Part shown: positions 26,971-39,500 of the stretch, piece by piece
How the letters are laid out: each line of letters begins with the position of its first letter
How positions within the stretch are numbered: position 1 is the first letter of the stretch
Origin: Phoronis australis
Taxonomy: Eukaryota > Animalia > Phoronida
DNA: 64,000 bases
Reading direction: 5' to 3'
Assembly: GCA_002633005.1 (NCBI GenBank)
Contig: NMRA01000370.1
Coordinates: 1-64,000 of the forward strand
Notes under the pieces: generated by a model
Database searches by the model: none
Told to the model about the DNA's origin: nothing
What the model saw: the letters and a program-made list of their open reading frames with translations, nothing else
Translations under genes and position numbers: made by a program

Positions 26971-28055
26971 CAGCCGATTTCATAAAGGTGGTTTAAAGTT
27001 AAACCTGGTTTAAACTGGACTTAGACCAGGTTTAAAGATAATCTGCATTTCATAAAGGTGGTTTAACTTTTAGACCAGTGGTCTAGTAAAACCTGGTTTA
27101 ACTCCAGTTTAGACCTGGTCTAAGTCAGTTTTCATTTCAGCAACTAGGTCTATAATCTTTAGACCTGTATTAAGATCTTAAACCATGTTTAACTTTAGAC
27201 TTGGTCATGTCCAGGTTTAACTGTTAAATATGTCAGACTTGCATGGTATAGGTACAACTGAATGATGCCGCGGAGAGCATTTGCAACGCAATTTTAGAGC
27301 GAAAATGGACTATTTTCAATATTCAGTTTTGCTATGACACAAGATCAAACGTACCAGGGGCGGATCCAGGATTGTTTAAAGGGGGGGGGGGCCGTAAGTC
27401 AACAACTTGAAAATTATAGATTTGGTATAACTATGCATAGACCAGTACTTGTTGGAGTGTGTCCTGTGGATTTCTCTGAATATGACTGGTCGAGCAGGGC
27501 GTCATCGTCGTAAGGGCTACGGATTTGACTAAAGACAGCATCTTCTGAGTTCCACCTCCACTGTTCTCCGATATAATGTTGCCAGGAAGGGGCCCTGCCC
27601 CCCCTCTTTGGCCTCGGAAAATAAACACTAAAATGACAAGGAAATAAATTTGGGCATGTAACATGTTACACCTAATCGGGAGCATGTTCTTTAATGTGCA
27701 TGTGTTGGTCACAGAAATTACAGTTTTCCTCATGAGAAAAGCTTTTAGATGTTTTTCGTAAATGTCTGCACTGATTCTACTAGTGTATGCCATTGTATAC
27801 CCACGTGATCAAGGTTTCATTGAAGCACTTCAATAGTTTCTTTGTTGGGTTTACCCAGCTCAACACAGTGGGGTGCCTTTGATACTTTAAACCAGGTTTT
27901 ACTGAACCAGCTCCCTGGTCTAGCAAAACCAGGCTTTCAGACTCTTAAACTATGTTGGTGAAATGCAAGTCAGGTCTAAAATTAGACCAGGTTTAGGAAG
28001 ACCAGGTTTAAGTCTAAAACCTGGTTTTGTTAAACCACCTTTATGAAATCGGCTG
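26971..28055. mobile_element. Non-autonomous DNA transposon with 3-bp TSD (PIF/Harbinger-like), nested inside a MITE
   Basis: Perfect TIR CAGCCGATTTCATAAAGGTGGTTTAA / TTAAACCACCTTTATGAAATCGGCTG; ATA duplicated on both sides; many subterminal AAACCTGGTTTAA / TTAAACCAGGTTT motifs. Confidence 0.85.
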
Positions 28056-30555
28056 ATAGTGTCTAAAATCTGAGAAATGTGACAAATGCCAATATCACCT
28101 TTGTCCCAAATTGCAGAATCAAGAAAATTCAATTTCTGCAAGAATTTCCGTGACGCAAATTGTATACACTGTACCAAATTTGAGAAGTTTTACCGTTTTA
28201 TTCAATTCTTGTAAGTTCAAGTGGAGAAAAGCGGATAACTGAATAACAACAACACTACATACTAATATACAAATGTGTATTAATTTAGCACTATGTACAT
28301 CACTTGTACATATTCCAATCTTGAATGCTGAAACAATTACATAACAATTCAGTATCACAGTACGGAGTTTTTGTACGAACACATGATCAGTTAATGGAAA
28401 CAAAACTGTCCTTTTACAATTCGTGTCATTCCTAAGCAACTCCAGCACCCTATAATTTTGCATAGTAAAGCAAACGAAGTTTAGAGAACACTAAAATCCC
28501 AAGAATTGTTGTTAGTGAGAAGAATGGTCTATCGTTAAAGCCGCATTTGTCCTGTTTAGCTGGCTAAAAACGAAAATGTAACTGGGCCTTTCACACTCAT
28601 TAAATCAGTCTCCTAGTTTACTGTGATAGGATTCTGTTTGCTACCATGAGGGAATCAAGAAAATAATTGAAATTTTGTTTATTGGGGTTGGTTAAATTTG
28701 AAAACAGTGCATGTATGAATTGACAACATCGAACCCATAAGTGACTCTAGAAAGCCCTTCAGTTCATTGCAGTCGGCCAAATTTGAAATACTGCACGTAC
28801 ACATTGCAATACCACACGCACTGCCTCCAACTTTTGTTCGTAAAGAAAATAGAATTCCATCACAGCAAAGAGAACTACGAGATTGATTACATGAGAGTAA
28901 AAGGCCCAATCTAATTTTCCCCTTTTGATCCAGCTCAACAGGGAGAAATGCAACTTTAAAGTTCTATTGAACACCATTAATCTAACTATTACAGCGGTAA
29001 GTGCTAATTTTTTTCATTTAATTTATGATTGACTTGTAAAATAAGCATGTGAACACCTCTAGTTTTCCAAGGTTATACTATGGTCACATTGCACTTCACG
29101 AGTGCTATTTTTGTCTTAATAAACCAAGTCCGTTCTTATTTGACCACATTTTAAGATGGCTCCCTTTCGACCAGCCAATGAAGCTGTATACAGTAATTCT
29201 CCACTTATCTTGCACAAAAATAATCGACAAAATTGCCATTTTCCACTGATTATCCTTTGTGAAAAATGGGAACTTAAGCAAATATTGTTTTATGACCTCT
29301 GTGTATAACTTTAAATGATGTTTTTAATTGACCAAAATGTTCTTAATCTATACTCTTGCAGAGAATTTTAACGAAATAGAATTTCACTTATTGGCCATAT
29401 TGTGTGCTAAATAAGTAAAGAATTACCTTAAGGTTAAGTGTATATTACAGGTACATCCATTTTACACCTGAAACTTGAACCAAACCATGGTCACACAACA
29501 ATCAGTCTCAAACCAGTGACCATTTACTTACGGGTCTCTCAAATGACATTGTAACCAGAATTTTTTAACAAACAGGTCCTCAATATTACAGCTCCTTTAA
29601 ACCGTGCTTGCAAAGCACAATTTCGGGAGCTCGTTAAAAAAGATGCATCTCAAATTAGTTTCGGTTTTGAAATGGGGGACAGTTCAAAGGTTTTTCAAAG
29701 TCTAATTACCAGTGACAGAATTCCACTTTAAATAGAATTCACTCACTTGGGAAGACGGTTTTAATTGGAAACAACACTGGCAGACAAATACGGTTATAAC
29801 GACTCCTCACCGACCTTCTTTGCTTTAAGCGGAGAATTATTATGCAGATAAAAATGGTGTAGGCACTGATGAAATCATTTTTAGTTTGTAATTTATAATC
29901 AAGGATTCAGGTGAAATAAATAAGCACCCACGGCCCTTTGTTCCACAAAACTTAGGAAGTTAACACTGGTAAATGGTGCGTAGCTGCATTTCCAGTGGAA
30001 CGAACTACCTGGGTATATGTTAATTGAGGCTATGACAATTTAGTGCTAGATCATAACAAATGAAAATTCAGCAAAATGTATTTTTTCAAATTGACAGAGC
30101 GTTTTTTCCAATACAATTCAAAGGAGTAATGAAGGCGGGTTTATAAGAGAATGGGACTCTATATATAACGGATATAAGCTACCCCAACCGTTAGTCAAAT
30201 TGTGCTTTTCAGTCTTTAAACTCTACCTTCTGCTTATATATTAGCAATGACAGTGCTCTGTTAAGTCCATGTCAATTGAATGAGGTCAGATCATGAGACT
30301 ACATCCATTGTAGCTTCTGTTGGCAAAAGGCGGAGCTTTCGTTTTGTCTCTGTCAAATACAACAATTGTAGATACGTATAAGGCAAGATATTCATTCCTA
30401 TTCCATGAACTGAACATGGAGATGAGGTAATCATTTCTGTCCTGCTGTAAATAGGCACAAAAGGCGGAGCTCACTTCAACACTCCACATGTCCTTGCCTA
30501 TATATGGGCAGAAGGCAGAGTCAAATGCATTACAGCCGCCCATCCCCAGTAGTCC

Positions 30556-33500
30556 CTATGAGTTGTTTGCTTCCTCTGGCGCCTTAATGAGGCGCCTGGG
30601 CCCCGCCCTGTTGCCCGGCCCCTTGGGCTTGGCAAACTTTGGTCGGTGAACGTTCTTCTTAGGATGGATTTCGTCAAAGATATATTCTTCTGTCATTTCT
30701 GCACCACTGTCCACCTCCAACTGCAGAAAGATGAGTTTGGTGTTGATAAATAGAGGGCGCCACAAAATTTACGACACACATCTGTAAGTACTGCCACAAG
30801 CAGATCATTCACTTTCAAAGCAACGTATTCTGTGTAATGTTATGTAACTTGAGTATGAGGTCAGTACACTAAAAATTCTCTAATTTGGGACAGTCTCTAG
30901 AATTTGGAACACAGAAACTCCCACAGAAATTGAATTTTCCTTATTCTACAATTTAGGACAACGGCAATTTTGGCGTTCAAAATATTTTCGATACTTCGGA
31001 CTCTTTGTTTTCCATCTAAATAGTAGGTAATTTTGCCATCTGTGCAATGAGTCTGGAAATTGGAACAGCCAATATTAGCTATTTCTAAAATTTGAAATAA
31101 CCCCTTACCTTGAGCAAAATACATAATTTTTCACTGACCCCAAATTGTAGAGTTTTTACCATATTTATTGATTTGACTTTTTTCTGACAACCGCGAGCTT
31201 GGGACAATTATTGTATAAACTGAAACCTGGCACAAGATCTGACAGCCACCAATCAAAGCGATAAACTAAGGCTGTTACGAGTAAATAAGGTCACACTCAA
31301 CAGAACATGCCTTAGAATACATTTGCATTTTGTCATTAGTGTTCTCACTCTCGCATTTACCGAATAAGCCAACTACCGTATTCGCCGTAATAACCGCCCA
31401 GGGCGCTTAGAAAAGTTCGGTTCAGGGGGGGCGCTTTTTATAACCCAAGGCGGTTGAAACCCGGTCTCCGAAACGGGTGAAATCGGAAGCTAAGATTCAT
31501 CAAATTTACGCTCTGTGACGTATATGTAATCTATGAAAGACTTTCAACAAAACTGTGGTGCATTGCTATCAAACTTTGCTGCTAAATTACGATCATTTTA
31601 CAGAAAATTGTGCTGAAATCCCAGGGCGAAAACTCGCCGACTGACTGCCTCGAAATCGCCGTCTTCGATATGGCGACTTCAATGCTTGAATAAAAATGGT
31701 TTCGACTCAAGCAAATTACCTGAAATCCTCTTTAAGTTTTATAAGTAGCGTCTCTTAGATTTTTTAAGTTCCCGTGGAGTCTGGATTAACGGCAGGTTTA
31801 AGTACAAATCTGTGCAACATCGTGCCATCTACATGTATGATCGGCAACACGGCGAGAAAAATGTCTGGACGAACACACATGTTGTTGTCACGTGACGTTT
31901 GTTTTGAAGTTCGTCTGCGAGTAAGCGAGCGCGTGCGTGTCACCAGAGTTCATTTGCCAAAGCAGAGACCGTCTTTTGGCCAGAGCCACGCAATCTAACT
32001 AGCTAGATGTGTCTAAAGAAATTTGCACAAGCAGTAGGCCTAAACCAGAGCGTGTTTCATTCAGCACTTGCCGGTCTCGTGCTAAAAACTTTCGACATTT
32101 GTCTCGGTAAGGCCCATATTAGTCGCCGTGTAGCTGGATGCGTACGTAACTATCTGACAGTTATTTTTCGGTGTAAGGGTGTGTAAGCATTCACTGTCAG
32201 TTGTCATTTTATCGGATATTCGGCTTAATAACACCAATTATGGTTAATCAAACAATCCATCTCAAAAATAACGCAAACATGTTTATAGTACTAGAAATTG
32301 TTGGAAATTAGTTCCAATATTCATTTCTTATCGATGCTATGCTACCCGCTTCATGAATGGATAGTTCCCAACTAATGTCTTTGATGACAGGATATGTAGC
32401 GCGCGCTTCCTGGCCACGTGCATTTAACACCGAGTTATTTTTATTCATGAGACAGTCGATGTGTCTACTGAAAGGTCAGACCATGGGACACGGTCGTGGC
32501 GAGAGCGTAGCAACGCTGTTGCGTTCTTTTTGAAGCGCTTCGTTACTTTGTCACGGCTAAATACAAACGTAGCAGTGCCGCTGGTGGTCTAGAAGACCCG
32601 TGCAAAATTTTTTTGATAAATTGAAGACGTTACTGTAGATGAGTTTTAAGACTGTAGGTACATCATTGTTCGCATGTACACGTTCATGGACTGGGCGCTT
32701 ATTTCAGCAGTCTGAAAACGCGTGGGGGGCGCTTATAGGGGCATGGGCAGTTATTACGGCGAATACGGTAATTGCAATTAAAAAATCCCACAAATGAACC
32801 TCATCCTGTCAAGCATGTGAACAACATTGGGGCAAGCAAGTCAGATTTTTTGTTTAAGGTTATACCTCAGGATTTTATCAACAATCCAAATATCTACAAA
32901 ACTATAGATTCTAACTTGGTAAAAGAAAATCATAAACGGCCTATTTTTGATAGCCCCTCATGCAAAAGTAGAGTATTGTAAAATCAGTTGCTAACAGCTT
33001 TTTCAAAATAAAACTTAAAAAAAATATATTTCAGCCCAATCTCATGCTAGTATCATCAGGTGGGTGATTTTCGCAACAGTACATTCTTATTATGTCCTCC
33101 TAAACAAGCAAGGATTACCTTTTTAGTGATCTCGATGCCTTCCTCTTCCAGGAAGGTGATAAGGTTGTTCTTACAGCTGGAGTAGAGCATGCGTTCTTTT
33201 ATAGGACACTTGAACCCCGGCATAGAGTAGATAAATACTAGAACGCAAGCACTTAAGTGTCACAGCAAATAGTTGGATAGAACACAGAGCCGCGTTATCT
33301 TGCGAGTCTGGTAAGACCAGTTATTAATATCATGCATATGTAGCACAAGGACTCGCTAGGATTACAACAGTAAGGTCGTGACTTTACCACCACCTACAAA
33401 CAAAATGGCCGCCACTGATGCAACACACTGCTACCTCCAAAAAACAATTTAATTCCACTGCAGCAAAGTGAAATGTCTTTGAGAATACATTCATAAGTTC

Positions 33501-36500
33501 TAACAATTACATTTAAAGAAATGTTCAATAAGTTTCAAAATTAATAAATTATAAAGCATGAAGTCATTTTTTCCCGAAATGAGCACCAGATCACTTATAC
33601 ACAAGCATGATACAAACTTGACACACAGAGATGCAAGACCAAAGCTTGCCAACAAACTCTGTCCCACCCCCTGGACAAAATTTAAGCCCATGTGAATAAG
33701 ATCTGAGTTAACCTCATAGTTTTTCCACCATTTAACATAAGTATATCAACCATGTTTCAAAACATTAACATTCTTTAAGACCATCACCATCGCATTCTAA
33801 TCCTTGTTTAAACCAAACTTGATTTAATAAATCGCCTGGAATTCCTCCAGCGGTCATGCCGTATTGACATCTAAAATTAAACCACTGTGCAAACGTGTTC
33901 TCAAGCAGTCATTATTTCTACACTAAGCAAGGAAAGAGACAAAGGCAATAAACCTAAATCAAAAGTTGAGTTCTGACAGAAGACATCGGTATATTGCTCC
34001 TTTAAACCAAACACAATACAAAAGACATTGGCATATTGCTCCTTTAAACCACATACAATACAACGGCTGTACTTGATTGACTTTGCCACTTCTGGCGAGT
34101 CTAGCAGCACAAACATCTAAGTGGTCTTTAAAGCGGAAGTCGTCATCGAAAACCAATCAGATGCCTTTATAGCCAGTTGACCAGGCAGAACCAGAGAAGT
34201 CAATCAAGTGCAACCATTGCCTACCTGCTGACTCCAAGTAATCCCCTTCATGGGAATGGTTAAAACGGAACAGATGGAACCTGCCACTGTTCTCTGGCAC
34301 CCTGGATGGCAAGTCTTCCACTGTGGTGTCGTCTGCTCTTCCCAACTCAATGGTCTCTTTCTCAGTGTCTATGTACTGCAATATATTTACAGTAAAATGT
34401 CGCTACTTCAGGCATTAACAATATGGCAGAAAAAAGAAATTTTATCTTTTAACTTTTTCATTGAAGAAATGTGGCACCAATCATTATTTATAAGCTCTAT
34501 AACCTAGATACTATCAGACAATGTTTTGAGAAATCGCATATGAATGCTAGATTAGAAGACTTACTATGAAAAACGAAAAAAAAATTTTTTGCAATTATTT
34601 TTGTCCGAAATTAGTTAGATTAGACGACTTTACATATTTTATTTGTTATTGAATTATAGAACAAATTTATTTCGATAGGAAGTGTGCTCAGTCAAGACTG
34701 TTCTCTAGCATCCCCATTAAAATTACATAATTACAAGTTAAACAATTGTTAACAAGCAAAATGGAAACATTGTGAGACTTCTGAGCATTGCAAGGGGGTA
34801 ACTATGTAATAGAATTTGCCATTAACATTAAAGTGCATTTTTGCACCGAGTCCCAACAAGGCAGTCGGCATTGATGTATGGGACACAGGTACGTCTGCTC
34901 AAGATCATTAGCATGAGCAATACGTGGTCATACACAATAGTGGGTCTTCACTGGCAAATAGGCTACTGAAAAATGTACGTACATATGGGCAGGCACTGAT
35001 CCAGATCTTGACCTGGGCCCATGATCACTTAGCTTCTCAAAAGATTAATTTCGTACGTTGACCAACTGCATGTCTCAAATTTCACATGATACGATTGGTC
35101 AGTTTCTTAGTGGAATCTCGAGTACAGTTTTGTGGACACAGTCCTTAATCCTACAATTCAGTCATTTAGCATTTTCAAGCAGTTTAAATGCAAACAAGTG
35201 CAATGCAGAGCATTGAAATGGGCCCACGAATGCACTGCAAACGTTGGGCTTTTAGGGGTGTTTATTAGGAACATAAAAATGGCCATTAGATGTTGTAAAA
35301 TACATCAAATCCATGTGTCATCAAAGCTATTTACCAAATTTCATAAAAATCCATCAAGGAACTTCTGAGAAACAGAGGAAAACGAAAAAATTGAAATTGC
35401 CACTAGGAGGCTGTAGGCAGATAACTCCCACTAAGAGGCGCCACAATAGATGAAGTCGTCGGAAAATTATCATCAAACTTCCTCTTCAAATTAGGAACAT
35501 ACATGCCAATTTCCACAATCATCCTTAGAGTGGTTTGGTTGACAGAGGGGCAGATGCCAAAAAACAGACTTGAAAACAGTAACAATGGCCACTACGTGGC
35601 GCAAAATGCCTCGAATCCATCCGAAAACGAAATGATAACATCATCTCACTAATAGATGCCTAACTGCCATATTTTATGAAAATCCATTGAGAACCTCCGA
35701 ATATACAGAAGTAAACGAAGGCTTCAGGAGATACAGCTGCGGACGCTGTACGCCCAGACAGAAATGACGGCAGTATGCAACCACACGTAAATATGTGGGT
35801 GCAAAAAAATGTCATAACAAAACCACAACAATGCACATTCTCCCTTACAAGCCTTCGGTTTGAAGCTTTTTTCATAGTCAACTATCAGCATTGCAAACAA
35901 CGTAATCTGCTCTAATTCAAGGTCCTCGTGGAAAACACAGTCAAACATTAATGAGGCTACACTGAGACAAAAATCACGAGTTCTGTCTATTTTTTGCAAA
36001 ACAAAAAAGCTGTAAATAGGAGATCGCCATTGGGAATGAGATTCTACTTTACGTACCAACTGAACATATGTAAGTTCCTTGTCCCTGAACGACTGGACTT
36101 TGGCCATCGCAATGTCAGACATTGGGAAGGAGACCCCCTGTAGAGTCTGGTGTTTGGCATCCACTCCGTGATGAGTTTTCACCTGTGTACATAAATTATT
36201 CAAATGCAGTGAGAGTTGTGTAGCTTATTGAAAGGCGGGAAAAATTGTTCTAATTTAGGAAGCAATATGTCCGACAAGTAAAACTTCATTATCATTCTTT
36301 AATCCAATCTATGCAGCAACAAATTAAATGTGGTTCCATGTTTAAGTTTTGTACTACAGTTACCATGAGACAAAAGTTTTGAAAAAGTGTCAGCATGCAC
36401 AGCAATGTTAGAAGCCCTGCAAAATGAAAAAAAGTGCAATTTTGTATTAAATTAATTTTGTCCGAAATTGCTGAGATTTTACCATACAGTGAGACTCGTT

Positions 36501-39500
36501 TACAGACAGGGGAATACTCTTCTTATTTTGCATCAAATAAATCAAATTCATTTTCCCAACAATTGGGTTGTGCGAAAAAAAATGAATATACAGACTCCAT
36601 CGTAGGCCAATGTGCGACATTTATTGAATAACTGTGCATAGCCATCTGGCAATGAGCAAATTTAGTGAAATCCGGCTTATATTGATACAGTTTACAGTTA
36701 CTGCAATTAAGTCTCTTTGTCTTGCTACAATGTGAGAATACTTTAGCCCATAGTCAAAGAAATTCTCAATTGAGTAAAATGCCTGTGGGGTCACATGACC
36801 GTCACCCTGGTCACATGACCGTCACCCTGGGCACACATTTCACCTCATGATTGCAACAGAATGAGATCGCTCATGCGAATGGATGAAGGAAGGAGGTGAA
36901 GAGATGTCAGACGTCATTAAAACAGCTAGAAGTGTGTATTACTGGAACTAATGATACGACAATTTCTGAGGTGCAAAACTGTATGCGATTCAATGTTGGA
37001 GAGGCTGTTTTCAGAAATTCCTTGAATGTCCTCGACTTCACAAACATTGGACAAACGATAAGCAATAAAACACGGACATGACAAACGCAAGTCGTTATTT
37101 TAGCGCACTACCTTTAAATGTTCAACAAAAATCACGTCAAACAAACACATTACACAGGCTGGGGTAAATTAAGTAAGCAAAAACTGAAGAAAAATGCATC
37201 TTGCGAATACTTCAGAAAAAAAAGATAACGTCGTTTACGCATGTCCCAGCACAGAAACATTCACTACAAAGAATCCTTAGTTATGCCACTCTGACAACAT
37301 AATCATCTGCATCATAGGGGAGCCACATTTCCCTCCCGCAAAGTTTCTTAAACCATAAGGATAAAGAAATCTCGATAAACAATAAGTTAACCAACATCAA
37401 AAGAATGTAATAGTTATGCACATACGGCTAATACTGCTTGCGAAATGAAAACAGTAAACAAGTGAAAAGTCGTAACTGAAATTCACCTTTAGTAAATATA
37501 ATTTTTCAGGGTTAACAATAATTTGTTTCCATAGAATGAGAGAGCAAATTCTTTGAGAACATGCTTCAGCTGAATATCAAGTCATTTTTTTCCAAGTTAC
37601 ATGAGAGCAAGTTCTTCATATAGGATGACTATAATGCTGCTTTTCATTCTGAAGCCAGTGAAACACTCCGGGGCCTACTAAGGTGAAATACTGTAAATTT
37701 ATTCCAGTTGGAGAACTTTGTGCTAATTCAGGTAGAGATGGCTTTGAAAGTTCAAAAGCAAGGAGGCCAGACAAAGGATCACGGAAGAGAAACTAATTAC
37801 CAAAGTGGCAAAACAAGAAATTCATGACAGGACAAAATCACAAGCATGAGGCGCCATCTATTGAACATTAACGCAATTTGACTTCTCATGCGTTGTTACA
37901 GTACCTTTACATTGGTTGTAAATGACACTGGGGACTGAAAAAGTCATCTATGAAAAAACAAGAAAACCATCTCTCCCCTGACATGTATGCAAATGTTTTA
38001 ACCTTGGCTACCTAAATCTTGGGATCAAGCATAACTCAAATTGCCATGAAAAAACACCACTGGGAATCGCAGGATCATTTTTCATCATTCTTGTCTACAG
38101 GCATTAAAGTGGACATTTGTCACCTTTAACCCCCTCTTCAAAGATTCTACACAAGGTGTGTTGAAGCAACTACTGCTGTGGACACTCGTTCTCAAGGAAA
38201 TCATTGGACCTAATCATGTTTATACAGAAGAGAAAGTGAGTCGACAAGATTTGCTCTTGGAATCACTGATCCTTCTGGGTAGAAGGTTAAGTAAAATGAC
38301 CAGACAAAAGCAAGCAGTGGTGGCTGTAGATGCTATTTGTAGAAATAACTTAGTACAAATGCCAAGCACCAATAGCATGCTAACGTGGACTACTTTTTTA
38401 CGGAACTTCTGCAACCTCTCGTGAGAAGATCTCCATGACTAAATATGCTCGAAGAGTTCTCGCAAGTTTCAAATCCCTTGTTTTGTGCAATGATGCTGAC
38501 TTTGCTTGTGCATGTCCGACGCAATTCAGTCAATGGACCGCCTGCATTTTTTTGTAAGTATATCATACCTCGTTATCTTTAATGAACTTCAACTCTTCCT
38601 CTGCGTAAGTTAGTGGTGCCGGAGCATCTTGGTGAATCAAATGTTTCTTGTAGCCAGACAAATCAACATCAGACTGGAGATGAGGAAACGAAAACACAAA
38701 TCAGTAACGAAGTCGACGGACAATATCATTCGTCCAGAAAAACTACTTGATGCCGAAAAAATACAAATAAACAACTTCTCAAATCCCTCTTAGACTTTCT
38801 CATGGTGTGTGCTAATTGGCCGATCTATGTGGTTTACATAATATGTCGCTACAAATCCACCATTGGCCCTGTAACCTGCATTTTTTCTCCTGACACTACA
38901 GAGACATATGAATGACTTGTTGTAATAAAAACTCAAGTTTGTAGTCTCTATGTCACATATAGCTGTAAATCACACAGTGCCATATAATACTGTATTAGTT
39001 CGTATTGTAAATGAAGTCAAGCCTACAGCTGTAAAACTTTTATGGAATTCAAACGCGCCAGTCACATACCTTGTGTGTCCCAAAGACCTCCTCCTTTATC
39101 TGCCCTCCACCAAACTCCATCTTCATTGTGGACCTTGTAGCTGCGTACAGCATTTTTTCTCTCACCTAACAAAAATAGCCATTTCCAGTAAATGATATAT
39201 AACAGATCAGCCATTTAAAGCCAAACATGGCACCGATTAGGTCAAATCGAAATTGCCAACAACAGTGCAGCGGTCTGAACAATGGTTGTGGTTCTATGCT
39301 CGCTTCCAAACTGAGCACAGCGGGGTCTTGGGCCCGTTCCAAGAAAGCTAACTTAGCTAAGACCAATCTTAAATATCAGTCAATATAAGGCAAGACTTAA
39401 ATTTGTCTGTCTCAAGAAAGAGATCTTAAGTTTGACTTAAGTTTTTGACAGACGCGTTGTCTTGATTTTGATTATCTTACCGGATGTAGAAGTTTGGAAG

